Shown: positions 36,001 through 48,000 of the stretch, one piece after another
How positions within the stretch are numbered: position 1 is the first letter of the stretch
Layout: each line of letters opens with the position of its first letter
DNA from: Candidatus Cloacimonadota bacterium
GTDB taxonomy: Bacteria > Cloacimonadota > Cloacimonadia > G963667145
Direction: 5' to 3'
Length of the DNA stretch: 64,000 bases
NCBI GenBank assembly: GCA_963676615.1
Contig: OY781092.1
Location: 1,506,357 to 1,570,356, forward strand
Made by a program: the position numbers and the translations under genes
Notes under the pieces: generated by a model
The model's input: only the letters and a program-made list of their open reading frames with translations
Told to the model about the DNA's origin: nothing
The model's database searches: none

Positions 36001-39000
36001 AAGAAGACTCTGTGGACTATTACACCGTTTACCGTTACACGAGTGACGGCTCTGCACCTGGAGAAGCTAGAGTCAGCGGAAACACAAAACGGTTTGTCGA
36101 TTACACAGGGGACGAGTCTCCGTTTAACCAAACAGAAAAAGGTAGAGAGTATAATTATGCGGTTATCGCGTTTATGCAAATCGACCAAGATACTCTTGCT
36201 GGCGCTACGACGAGCAATTTCGAGAAATCACTAAAAGGTCCAGAATCCGACAAATATATGGGCTACTCTATTCCAGATTCTGCCTATTTTGTCGAAATCA
36301 GCAAAGGAACAACCGAAGACTCTATCGTGATTACCTATCACTCGCCGGCTTATGTGGACGAAGTGTCGCTCTATCGCAAAGGCTCGGAAGAAACTTCTTG
36401 GAGCGCCGACGCTTATGCAAGCCTAGATATCGGCATGGCTGTAGAAGAGGGCGTGGCTGTTGACAAAAACATAGAGTATGGCAAAAAATACGACTACAAA
36501 ATTTTGGTGAAAAAAGGCGACAATAGTGTTTGGTCGAAGGTCGATAGCGGCTGGAGTAGATTGCGCAGACCAGACAGCGTGAAAATCTTGGTTAATGGTC
36601 GCTATTCAAATGAAATCAAGTTGCAAATATTTACTAGCAACCAAGACATCAATGTTGACTCTATTATTGTTTACAAAGAAGCCGTTTCTTCTGGGCAAAT
36701 AGATACGACTGTTTGGGCTAAGCCAAGCATTGTTCAAGGTTCGTATGTACTAGGAGATACTGTTGATATCCAGCAAGGATTGTTCTATCAATACAGTGTC
36801 GCCTTCAAGAACGAAATTGGAACTTCTTTGACCAGGAAGGAAAAAACTGGCAAAGCGTTTGCGAAGTTGGACATTCCAGAGTGGAACTCTATCAGCAGGA
36901 ACGAGTATGTGGACAAAATAGAGCTAAACTGGAGCATGAACAAAGACGCATACAGAGGATACAGAGTTTGGGTGGATACAGTTAGTGGCACAAATGGCAC
37001 AAACCCAGAAAATTATGAGATTCGTTACGAAAACAGTCAAACAAACGATTGCAGTCAGGACACTACTTTCTCTGATGACAGGGTTTATGTCCCAGGCAAA
37101 ATGATTTACTATAAAATTCAGGCAATGGGATATGACACTGTTTCAGAGATGTCAGATTTCGACTTTGGAACTTGCAAATATGAAGGTGTTAAAAACTTGA
37201 GTTTTGATGGACCAAAAGTGGATAGTTTGCGCTTTACTTGGAGCGTGCCGACAACTATCGCTAACCCATCGTTTGTGTTCTACAAGTTTGACTCTGTGGA
37301 GACTGTGGACAGCCTGAACGACAAATACAAAGCAGATATTATGCCATATGGCGCAAACGGCAGTTACTACTTCGTGGAGACTCCTGCACAAGAAGACCTT
37401 TTGATTGGTAACTTGTATTTCTATCGTTGCATCGTGACGGTGAGCGGAGTCGAGAGCAATCCGAGCAATGTCGCCTTTGGATATTTGGATATGCCAGAGG
37501 TCGAGGGACTGAGCGCAACCAAAGGTGGAGTGTATGCCGAGGGCAACACTTTGACGCCTTACAAAGACAGCATCGTGCTCACTTGGAGCAGGATGAATCA
37601 TGTCGTGAACGACTCTGTCAGCTACTACCAAATCACCAGATTTGCAGGCGACAAAGAGACAGGTCTGTCAATGCAGCTAGACAACGGCAAAGACACTTCG
37701 TTTGTGGACAAAGTGGGCGCAATGAAATTTGGCGAAAAAACAGAAAGAGGACAGTTGTATCGATATGTCATTCAAGCCTATTACGATATCAGCGAAGACA
37801 CAAGCTCTGCAGCCACAGCTCCGCCTTTTGAGACCAAACTCGTTTCTCCAGCGATAGACACCGTGCTTGGATACACCTATCCAGACAGCGTTAATTTGGT
37901 GTCAGCTAGCAAAGGAACTTATGAAGACACTATCCGAGTTAGCTACACCAGCGGCAAACACGCAGACTCTATCGTTATGCAAAGAAAAGGCTCTAACGGA
38001 ATTTGGACTCGCATTGGCACTTTGGACGAGATGGAATCGAGGACGAACCCAAGAACTTTTGTGGATAAGAGTGTTGCGCTAAGAGCTGGCGAGAACTACG
38101 ATTACAAAGCGACTGTCTATGTGCAAGGGCTAAAGAGAGAGAGCAATATCGTCTCTGGATATACCAGACTTGGCTCGCCAAAGAATTTGGAATTTGTGCG
38201 CACGAGCCAATACAGCTATGTAGCAGGCAAAGAAGACACTTCGGGCATAAATATCCGCTGGAACAAAGAGCCAGACGGAGACGGTTATATCGTTTATTTC
38301 GATACCGTAAATCCAGTAAGGTTGGCAGAGGCAGACTCTGTAACGATTACAAGCGATGCGGACACGACTTACTTCTGGACACCGAGCGAGTTCAAAAACT
38401 CACAAGATTCGATCTTGCAATACTATATCGTCGCCAAAACTTATATGAACGACGCCAGCGGCGGCAAGCAATATTCTGAGTTGTCAAATGTTGCCGAGGG
38501 TGCTGTGGTGAGCAAATCGGTCAGAGGGCTGTCTGCAGCGTATAATCCTGCAGTGGGTGTTGAGCAAATTCAAGTTCAATGGGATAGCCTGCCCAAAGGC
38601 TACGAAACTAGCGAGGTGCAAAGATACGATGTTTATCAAGCAATGAACTCGAAAGTAAACAGTGCGTTTAGTCTGGTAACCTCACAAAACTCACGAGTAG
38701 CCAAAAAAGTCGGCGTTGACACAAGCTTGACACCAGCAGGCAATGTTTTCTACTACAAAGTAATGGTGCGCTATAACAACGCCAAAGACTCTTCGGTCTA
38801 TTCTGCAATGAGCGAACCTGTCTATCCTCCGCTGGGAGATTTGGGCTTAGAGGTGAGCAAAGACAGCGCACAAATGTTTGTTTACTTCAACGAAATTGCA
38901 AATGTTAATGAGTATCGGATTTACAAAGCTGTGGACACACTGCCAGAGCTACGCAACCCTGTGGCTACGCTTACGGATATTAGCGGCATCGTAACCGACG

Positions 39001-42000
39001 GCAGAGCCAAATGGACAGATGCAGCAGCTGAAGAAGGTAAGATTTACTATTATGCGATAGAGGTGCGCAAAACATTCCCTGTAGATGAAGTTGATTTCAC
39101 CATATCCACAACGACAGGATTCGATTTGAATAGCGCAAAATATGGCTACATCAAGAGCGAGATAACGGTTGTCGACTTCAACTTCTGCGCAGGCGGCATA
39201 GAGATTTCTTGGCCGAGTTCAGAGGCGAACTTCCCAATCGGGCTAAATCCGAGAAACTACACTTTGTCTCGTAGGGAGAAAGGGGCGTCTTCTTCTGCTA
39301 GTGTAGACATAAGCTCGAAGATTGTCAGAACTCAAATCGGCGCAACACAAGACTCGCTGTGCACGGTGCAAGACACTACGGGGCTTTATGGAACACCTTT
39401 GACAGATGGCAAAGCGTATGAATATGTCTTAAAATCAGAGATTAAGAGCAAGATAGAAGGCAACTCTATGTATATCAAATCTCCAAAGATGACGATGAGC
39501 TACTTCTACGATTGGAACAGGGACTCTGTGAGCACCAACAGGAACTATGTCGGCTCGCCAGGAACATACGAAGACAGATTGGAGCTGAAGTTTAGCAAAT
39601 TCTTGCCAAGCAGACCTAGCCAAGACTACGACACAATCGGCATCACTCCAGACACAGTTAGCTACTACAAAATCACCAGATATCCGCAAAGTGGCGATAT
39701 TGAAGAAGGGAGTGAGGCGAATATTACCGTTAGCCAACTGGGCGAAGAAGAGGATGTTGAGACGGGAGAAGTGGTTTATGTCTTCAGCGACGACGCTACA
39801 AGCAGTGTGTTTGGAAATCCTGTGTCAGGAGAGTCTTATAGCTACGCAGTGCAAGCGGTTTTGGACTACACCAAAGGCACAGAGTTTGAGTCTGCAATCC
39901 TCAACAATGCTGACTCTTCGGCATCGTATATAAAGATAGCGGCGATGACTTTGATTAAAGCAGAAGAGTATAAAGAAAACGACAGAATAGAAGGTGCGAA
40001 GATTGTTTGGGAGGCTACGACAGGAGCAGACGCATATGTGATAAGCCGTGACACTTCAAGCAGCTTTAACTCTCCAGAAGTAGCTACTGTCAGTGGTGGT
40101 GCTCTTCTTCAGGGCGACACGATGTTTATCGACTACAACTTGCCAAAAGTAAATAACACAGGAAACAATAGTCCTCTTGGCAAATTGAAGATGGGCTACA
40201 CCTATTACTATAGTGTCCAAAAGCAAATGGGAGATCCAGCTGCTCCAGTTACTAGTGACCGAAGTAACTATAAGAGTTACACACACGGCATTAAAAATGG
40301 CGAGTATATCGTCTCGAACTGGGTAGATTTCAACGACTTGGCAGAGCAATATAACGACGGCGAAATTACGGGAAGCATCACCGTGAAGCTGCTGAACGAC
40401 CTTACATTTAGTAGTAACACAGATAGCTTGTTGCCGCTGGGTAACCAGGCTTATCCGTTCCAAGGCACCTTCGATGGGCAAGGACACACGATAAACATAG
40501 AGGCTATCGAAGACAATCACGCTAATGTTGGTGTGTTCGGCAAGATCAAGGACGCTTCGGTAAGTAATCTTATCGTAAATTATAATGTTGGCATCGCTGG
40601 GGCTGCAGATTACGCAGGTGGTTTGGTTGGACAAATAGAGGGCATCTCCAAAATCAACAATGTGAAGATGAATATAGCTGCAGACTTCACAGCCGATATA
40701 GCTGTGGGCGGAATGATTGGTGGCGGCGACGGAGCGATTAACGCTAGCGGCGACACAGTGTCGATCAACGGAACGATGAGCGCTGGGGTTTATGCAGGCG
40801 GTTTTGCGGGTAAAGTTGTCGGAACGACCGAAATCGATAGCTGTCAGGTTACCGCTAATAGCGTTTCGGTAACTGGTGGAAGTGAAAGTTTCGTGGCAGT
40901 GGGCGGAATGTTCGGTCAGTTCCATGGCAGAATTGAGAACTCTGCAGTTGAAGTTGCAACCCAGATAGCAGCTGGAGTTAATTCAAAAAAATGCTACGCT
41001 GGTGGATTAGTTGGTTACGAAGAGCAAACAGGAAGCGTTTACAAAACTTCGACTGTCGGCGTTATCTCTAGCGGCGTGTCTGCAGGAAATGCGTCATCGA
41101 CAAGAGCGGCAGCTGGCTATTTTATCGGTTATTCGAGAGCGGCTCTCATCGACGAGATCAACATAACGGCAGTTCTGCCGGTAGCGGCTGTTGCCAGCGG
41201 AGAGGCTTGTGCAGGTGGCTTGGTCGGTAAATTCGAGAATATCGCTGGCTCGATAGATGCAGTTTCGCTAACTTTGGCTGGTGATATTTCGGCGAACTCC
41301 GCTAGCGGAGACGCTTATGCTGGTATGGTCGTCGGTAAAGCCGAAAAAATCTCGCAAAACAGCATCGGCAAAGATGGAGTGACGAGCGTGTTTAGTGGTG
41401 GCAGTAAAAACCTAAAAGCTACAGCGAATAATGGAAACGCCTATTTGGGTGGAGTTGTCGGAAGCATCTCGGCGACCTCGTTCAAAGGGCTGAAAGTGGA
41501 AGATGTGAACTTCCTCACAGAGGGAGCGCAAAAAGCTTATGTGGGCGGTATCGCTGGTAAAGAAGAGCAAGCAGGAAGCGCCTATGACAGCGTTGTGGTT
41601 GCGGTGACGGTTACATTTGGCGAAAGCTTAAATAACGCCGACACTTTGGTTGTGGGAGCTTTGGCTGGTTCGAGCAAAATGGCGAGCCTGGCAAGAACGC
41701 ACATATTGGCGAATATCGAGCTGAATACTGGCTTCTCTGGCAAGAGCGTTATTGCGGGCGGATTGTGTGGCGAGATAGACAACATCGCGTTTGCTATCCC
41801 GAACACCGACTTGACTCTTAACTCGTTTGCGATAAAAGCTGGAGCGAAATCGAAGATTGGCGCTATCGCTGGCAAGGCAAATGTCAGCAACTTCCTCACA
41901 GACGAAAACACACTTGCGGACATTAACTTTACGGAGATGGAAGTTGGAGAAGGCTCGTATGTCGGCGGACTGTATGGCGACTTGTCGCTTGTTGGCGGAG

Positions 42001-45000
42001 CAACGCCGTTTGACTACAAAGCGCCAGTAGAGATAACTCTCACAGCCAATGGTTACAACTCACAAAGAAGCTATGTGGGTGGTTTGATCGGTAGATTTGA
42101 ATCGACACTGTCCAAAAGCTTGGCAGACACCAGCAATGCAGGCGTGAACTTGACGCTCTCTGGCGACGGAATAACTGCGGGCGGTTTGGTCGGTCTTAGC
42201 CAAGATGCTACCCTAACTGGCTGCAGAGTAAAAGCGGCATTAAGCGGCAGCGAAGACGATGTAACCCTCGGCGGAATTATCGGAGAGATGAGCGGCAATA
42301 GCTACCTTAGAAAATCTTCTGCAAGAGAGGGGGTAACCTTGGTTGATGCACAAAAAGCGGGAAGTTTGGTCGGTAAGATGAATGTGTCAACTTTGGCTGG
42401 CATCAAAAATAGCTTCAGCTACAATATTGCGGCAAACAACATCGACACCCTCGGACTTTTGGTTGGAGAGATGACCAGCGGAAAGATAGAAGCTTCGTAT
42501 TCTCTAAATTGCAAGGCTGTAAACGCAACTGTTGTCGGAGACTTTGTCGGTGTGATGAATGGCGGCACGATTGCCAACTCCTATGCCGCAAAAGCAAATC
42601 AAGAAAATGTCTGTGGGAAGTATGTCGCAGGCGATACAGCAGGCGCAGTGACTGCCGAGAACCAAATCTTCTTGTCTGATATTATCTTGAGCAAAGCGGA
42701 GTGGGCGCTGGATAGCACTTTCTCTTATCCTTATTTGGTAGAGAACAAATATGAAGTGAGCACTTTGTATAACGATTTAAAGATGAATAAAAATGCACAG
42801 AATCAGTATGAGATAACCAAACCTATTCAACTGGACGCTATTGGAGATGTGCGTTTGAAGGGCGGAGATTATACAAAACTCGGCGACTTGTCCGAAGGGC
42901 TTCGCTTAAACAACAACTATATCATCAAGAATAATCTAGACTTTAGTGGATATACAGGTTACACTCCAGTGGGCTATGACGCTACCAATCCATTTGTAGG
43001 AGATCTAGACGGTAACTTCAAAAATGTGAGAAACATCGAGATAACTGGCACTCAAAATACAGGTATCTTTGGCTACTCTACTGGAAATGTGAGCAAGCTG
43101 AGAGTTGTAGGCGCTACAGTTGATGCTGTCGACAAATCTGCTGTGGTTTGCGGAGAGATGGCAGGTGGAAGCTTCGACAGAATCGAACTAGATAGCTCCA
43201 CAATCAATATTAACACAGGCTCTGGTGCAGGAGTAGTTGGACTTATCTCTGGCGGCACATTGAGCAATGTTCTGACACGCTTTAACAAAATCGAGGCGTT
43301 GAGCAATGTGGGCGTGATAAGTGGTAAGATGACTGGCGGAAGAGTGCTAAAGGCTGTAAGCGTCGTGGACAGTGCCGGCTCTAGCGTGGGCAACGCAGGT
43401 GGCGTCGCAAGTCAAGCCAGCGGAAACGCCACGATTGACAGCTGCTTTATGGTAACCAAGGTGTTGTCGGGCAAAGAGGTATATAAAGTTGCAGAAAAAG
43501 GCTCCAGCACGACTTTCCGCGGAAACTACTCTGTGGCAGAGACAAAAATGGTGGAAAACGGCAACGACAGATGGTATATGGGGATAGACCCGACCAGCGA
43601 TCAAGGCGGCAATGTGTTCTTTAGCATGTTTAAAGAGTTCTTCGATAGCGATAGCCATGGGTTTAATGCGCCAGACTGGCAATGCGACGATTATGCTCGC
43701 GTATATCCATTTTTGCTAGATTTTGAAGGCGCTGAAATGCAGCAATTGCCTGTGGATGCGCTAGAAAGCCCCGCAAAAATCGAAAATCGAGTTATGACGA
43801 TTAACTCCTTAGAGGGTCTTGCGTTTATCGAAGGTTCTTTGTCTGAAGTGGACACAATAAAATTGGCGGCGAACCTTGAGTTTACCGAAGACGACGACTT
43901 TAGCTTGGGTGAAGGCAACTTTGATCCGATTACAAAATTTGAGGGTATCGAGTTTAATGGACAAGGGCATTACATCAAGGGAATGAAAATCAACGCCAAT
44001 AAAGTAAATATGGGCTTTGTGCAAGTTATGGAAAACAGCACGATCAAAAACTTGGGACTTATCGAATGCGAAGTAATCGGCGGAAGCAGCACACAATCTC
44101 TAGGCGGATTGGCAGGAAAGACAGGACTGGGAACAAACACGATTGTCGATGTGTATGTCGGTTCGGGCAGATTTGTGGCAACTAATGCGCAAAATGTTGG
44201 TGCTCTTTTGGGTCAACTTGGCGCCGGTGGAGATGTCTCGTGGATTATCGCTCTGAACAACACCGTAAAAGCAAAAACAAACGCAGGTGGATTGATAGGT
44301 TATGCTACAGAAGGCAGCGTGAGCAACAGCGTAGTAGCCGCAGACACCCTCTCTGCCACAAATACAAGCAGAGTGGTTAACAGTGCTGGTGCGACTTTGA
44401 GCGACAACTACGGATGGAACGGCAACGAGAAAGGCAATGATCCTGGATTGGCAAACGAAAATGGGGCAACCTTTACATTCTCTGAGCTTCTGAGGAAAGA
44501 GTTCTACAGCAGTAAGTTAGACTTCATCGGCAGAACCGCTTGGAGCTGGGACGACGCAGATATACAAAATTGGCGCTGTATGCCGAACTTGAGCCAGATG
44601 ACTGCTGCAGATTGTGAGCCAGCAGTGGTAAGGTTTACCAAAGGCACCCAAGGGACGGAGTCTATCCCTTATGGAATAGAGAGCTTGAACCAGCTAGAGC
44701 TTTTGCAAGCGTTCCCGAAAGGTCTGTTCTTTGAACTGAAAGAGAATTTGAACTTCCAAACAGCAGACTACGATGTGGACGACGACGAAGACAACGGCAA
44801 CTGGCTGCCGATAACCCAGTTCGAGAGTAATGGTGACTGTTTTGACGGACATCTAGACGGTAACGGCTACTCTATCAAAGGGATGAAGGTTCACGACCAA
44901 AACAATCCTGTTGCTGGTACCTACGGTGTTGGTCTGTTCGGTCAATGTGATCCAGGAGTAGATATCCAGAACTTAAGTCTCTACGATTTCGAAGTCAGCG

Positions 45001-48000
45001 CGAAATATTCATCCTATGCTCGCTGTGCGGCACTTGTGGGGAAAATCTCAACGCTCAGCAGCTCAGAAAAATCTGTCTTCAAAAACATTTTGGTAAAAAA
45101 CAGCACGATAAGATCGACTGGCTCTGCTGCGGCAATTGTTTGCTATGTAGCCACAAATATTGAAATAGACGCAAGCTTGTTGTTCGCCATCCAAAACAGC
45201 GTATCTTCGAGTAGCGGTAATAGAGCTTCGGGAATAGCGTTCACAGTCAATATAAGTAGCACAAAACCCTATAGCATCTCTAGCAGTATCGCGATTAACG
45301 ACTCTGTCGCTTCGCAATCGGGTGTAGCAAAAAGAATATCTGCTAACCAATATGTCACTTTCTCGAATAACTATGCGTTCCGCAGAACATATGTAGATGG
45401 CACTCAGCTACCGACCGAAGGCACTTCTACCGACCAAAACGGCAAGCCGACCTCGCTGCTGGCACTCAATAAGAGCTTCTATCCTACCAAATTGGGCATA
45501 ACTTACGATGAGAACTTCAGATGGCCAGATGTCGCAGACCAAAAGAAGGTGTATCACCCAGTGGGCAAAAATGTGCCAAACACGATAGACTCGGGATACT
45601 TGAACTTAGCGAACTTTGAAATTGATAGCGATCCAAACACATTTAGCGATGGAACAGGAATTAGCGGAGACCCGTATATCGTGAGAACGGAGACCGACCT
45701 GAACAATATGCGCTATGGTGTGGAGATGGATTATCAGCTCGGCAATAACATCGAAATTACTTCTACCCTCACAGAGCCGATTGGAACGGCAGCTTTACCG
45801 TTCCAAGGCAATTTCGATGGAAATGGCTACGCTATCGATGGATTTAGTTATGATGTTCAAGAAAACGGCGTGTCTGGGCTATTTGGTGTCATAAAATCAG
45901 AAGTGGGTAGCAGCATCAGAAACTTGGCTCTTACGAACTTCACGATGAGCGCTAGTGGTAAAAATAACATCGGTATATTGGCGGGTGTAGATAGCACAGA
46001 GGAGGCAGTAGCGAACACCTACAGCAACATTTTGATTTACAACGGCAAAGTAACAGGCGCCACCAGTGGAGTCGGTGGACTTTTTGGCGACGCTCCAAGT
46101 GCGATTATCGAAAATGTGATTGTCGCTGGTGAAGGTTACTACAGCTCTAACTATGCTGGCGGCATCGTGGGTAAAGACGCAAAAAGCATAAAGAATTCGG
46201 TCGTTATTGTTGATACGATCAGAGCTACCGCAAGCAACGCTGGCAGGATTACAGGGGAGAAATTAAATATTTGCGAAAATGTTTACAGCTGGTATTTCAC
46301 AGAAGCGTGGGAAGGCGGCACGCTGTATGACCCAAGAAATCCAAATACAGGCATATACGGGGACAACGCCTTTGTCACAGACTTTGTCGATACAACTTGG
46401 TGGGAAGATCTCGGCTTCAAGTTTAGCGGAGACAACAGTATGTGGAAGCTGGAGCATATCGACGACCAACAAGTGGTGCCGGCGCTCAAACATATGACAG
46501 ACGACACCCTCACTGTGCCGGGACTGAAGCTGGGCATCATTGCAGCTGGGCAAAAGGTCATTACGAAGCCTTCACACTTAAACATATTGCATGTAGGAAT
46601 ATCTGATTCATTTTTATATTACCCCAATGAATCTATTGATTTAAGAGACTGGGAGGATGATTGGCGATTAGATTTAAATGGGGACGATGCAGGTAACTGG
46701 AATCCTATTGCTACTTTTAAGGGGAACATAAATTCATATGGGTGCGGCATTATTGGTTTGGATGTGCAAAAAACAGTAGAAGGGAAACAAGGATTTATCG
46801 CAAAGCTTGAAGGCAATGTGGGTAAAATAGGGATTTACAAATCCACCTTTACAACGACCGAACCTAATGTAACACAAGGCGCGATAGCCGCAGTTGTCAA
46901 TTATACAGACGATTTCATAAGAAACTTGTGGTCTGTGGGCAACACCTTTAGCGGTGGAACTACCGTAGGTGGCGTTATAGGCGAAGCGGAAAATACAAGA
47001 ACGGGATCTGCCGATAGATTGAGATGGCTATCTGCCAAAAACACAATCAAAGACGGCACCACAATCGGTGGCGTGGTTGGGAAAACTAATACAAATCTTT
47101 ACGGATTGGCGTGTATGGGCAACACCATAGAACCTACAAGCACACCAACTATCAACGCTATCCGAGGAGAAGGTTCAACAAATGTGTCTCTCTCAGACGC
47201 TGGCTTCACCACCATCGGAGGGGCAACTCTGCCAGAAGGAGGTCTAGATACGGACCCAAATGGCCAGGTTTTCCCTGTAGATGATCTTGATCAAACTGTG
47301 TGGCAAGATTTCTTTGATATGTCAAACGCCTCTTCTTTTACAAACCAAGTGGCAGACGGCCGCCACTATCCTACCCTGAAGAATGTCTCACTGGAGATAG
47401 ACAACGGCAAGCTCGAATACTTCTCTGGCGGATCAGGAGCCCAAGGCGATCCATACCTAATCGCTACTCCAGCCGACCTGAAAGCTATCGGCAAGGAGCA
47501 GTTTGTGAGAAAAAGCTATTATTTCGAGCAGACACAAGACATCGATATGAGCGGCGAGGAAGACTTCTGGCCAATCGGGCTTTCTACTACAACTAATCCT
47601 GACAATCCTGGTAATTTGAGCGTTGGATTTGTGGGGAGCTACAACGGCAATATGTATCAGATCTACGGATTGCACAACTGCGTGGATTCAAAAAGTGGTC
47701 TGGCAAATATAGGTCTATTTGCTAAGGGAGGTGGGAGCTTTAAAATTGAAAATATAGTTTTGGACTCGGCAACATTTGTGGGAACCAGCTCTAATGTCGG
47801 CACAATTATGGGCTATGCTCTCCCTGCAACTATAAAGAACTGCCGCGTAACTAAATCTAGTGTTACCGGCACGAACAATGTTGGCGGGGTTGTTGGCTTG
47901 GGAGAAGGAACGAATGGTAGACTAGAACAATGTTTGGTTATCGGCACGACGATCAATTTGAACGCTAACGGCAACACAAACGCTGCTGGCGGGCTTATCG

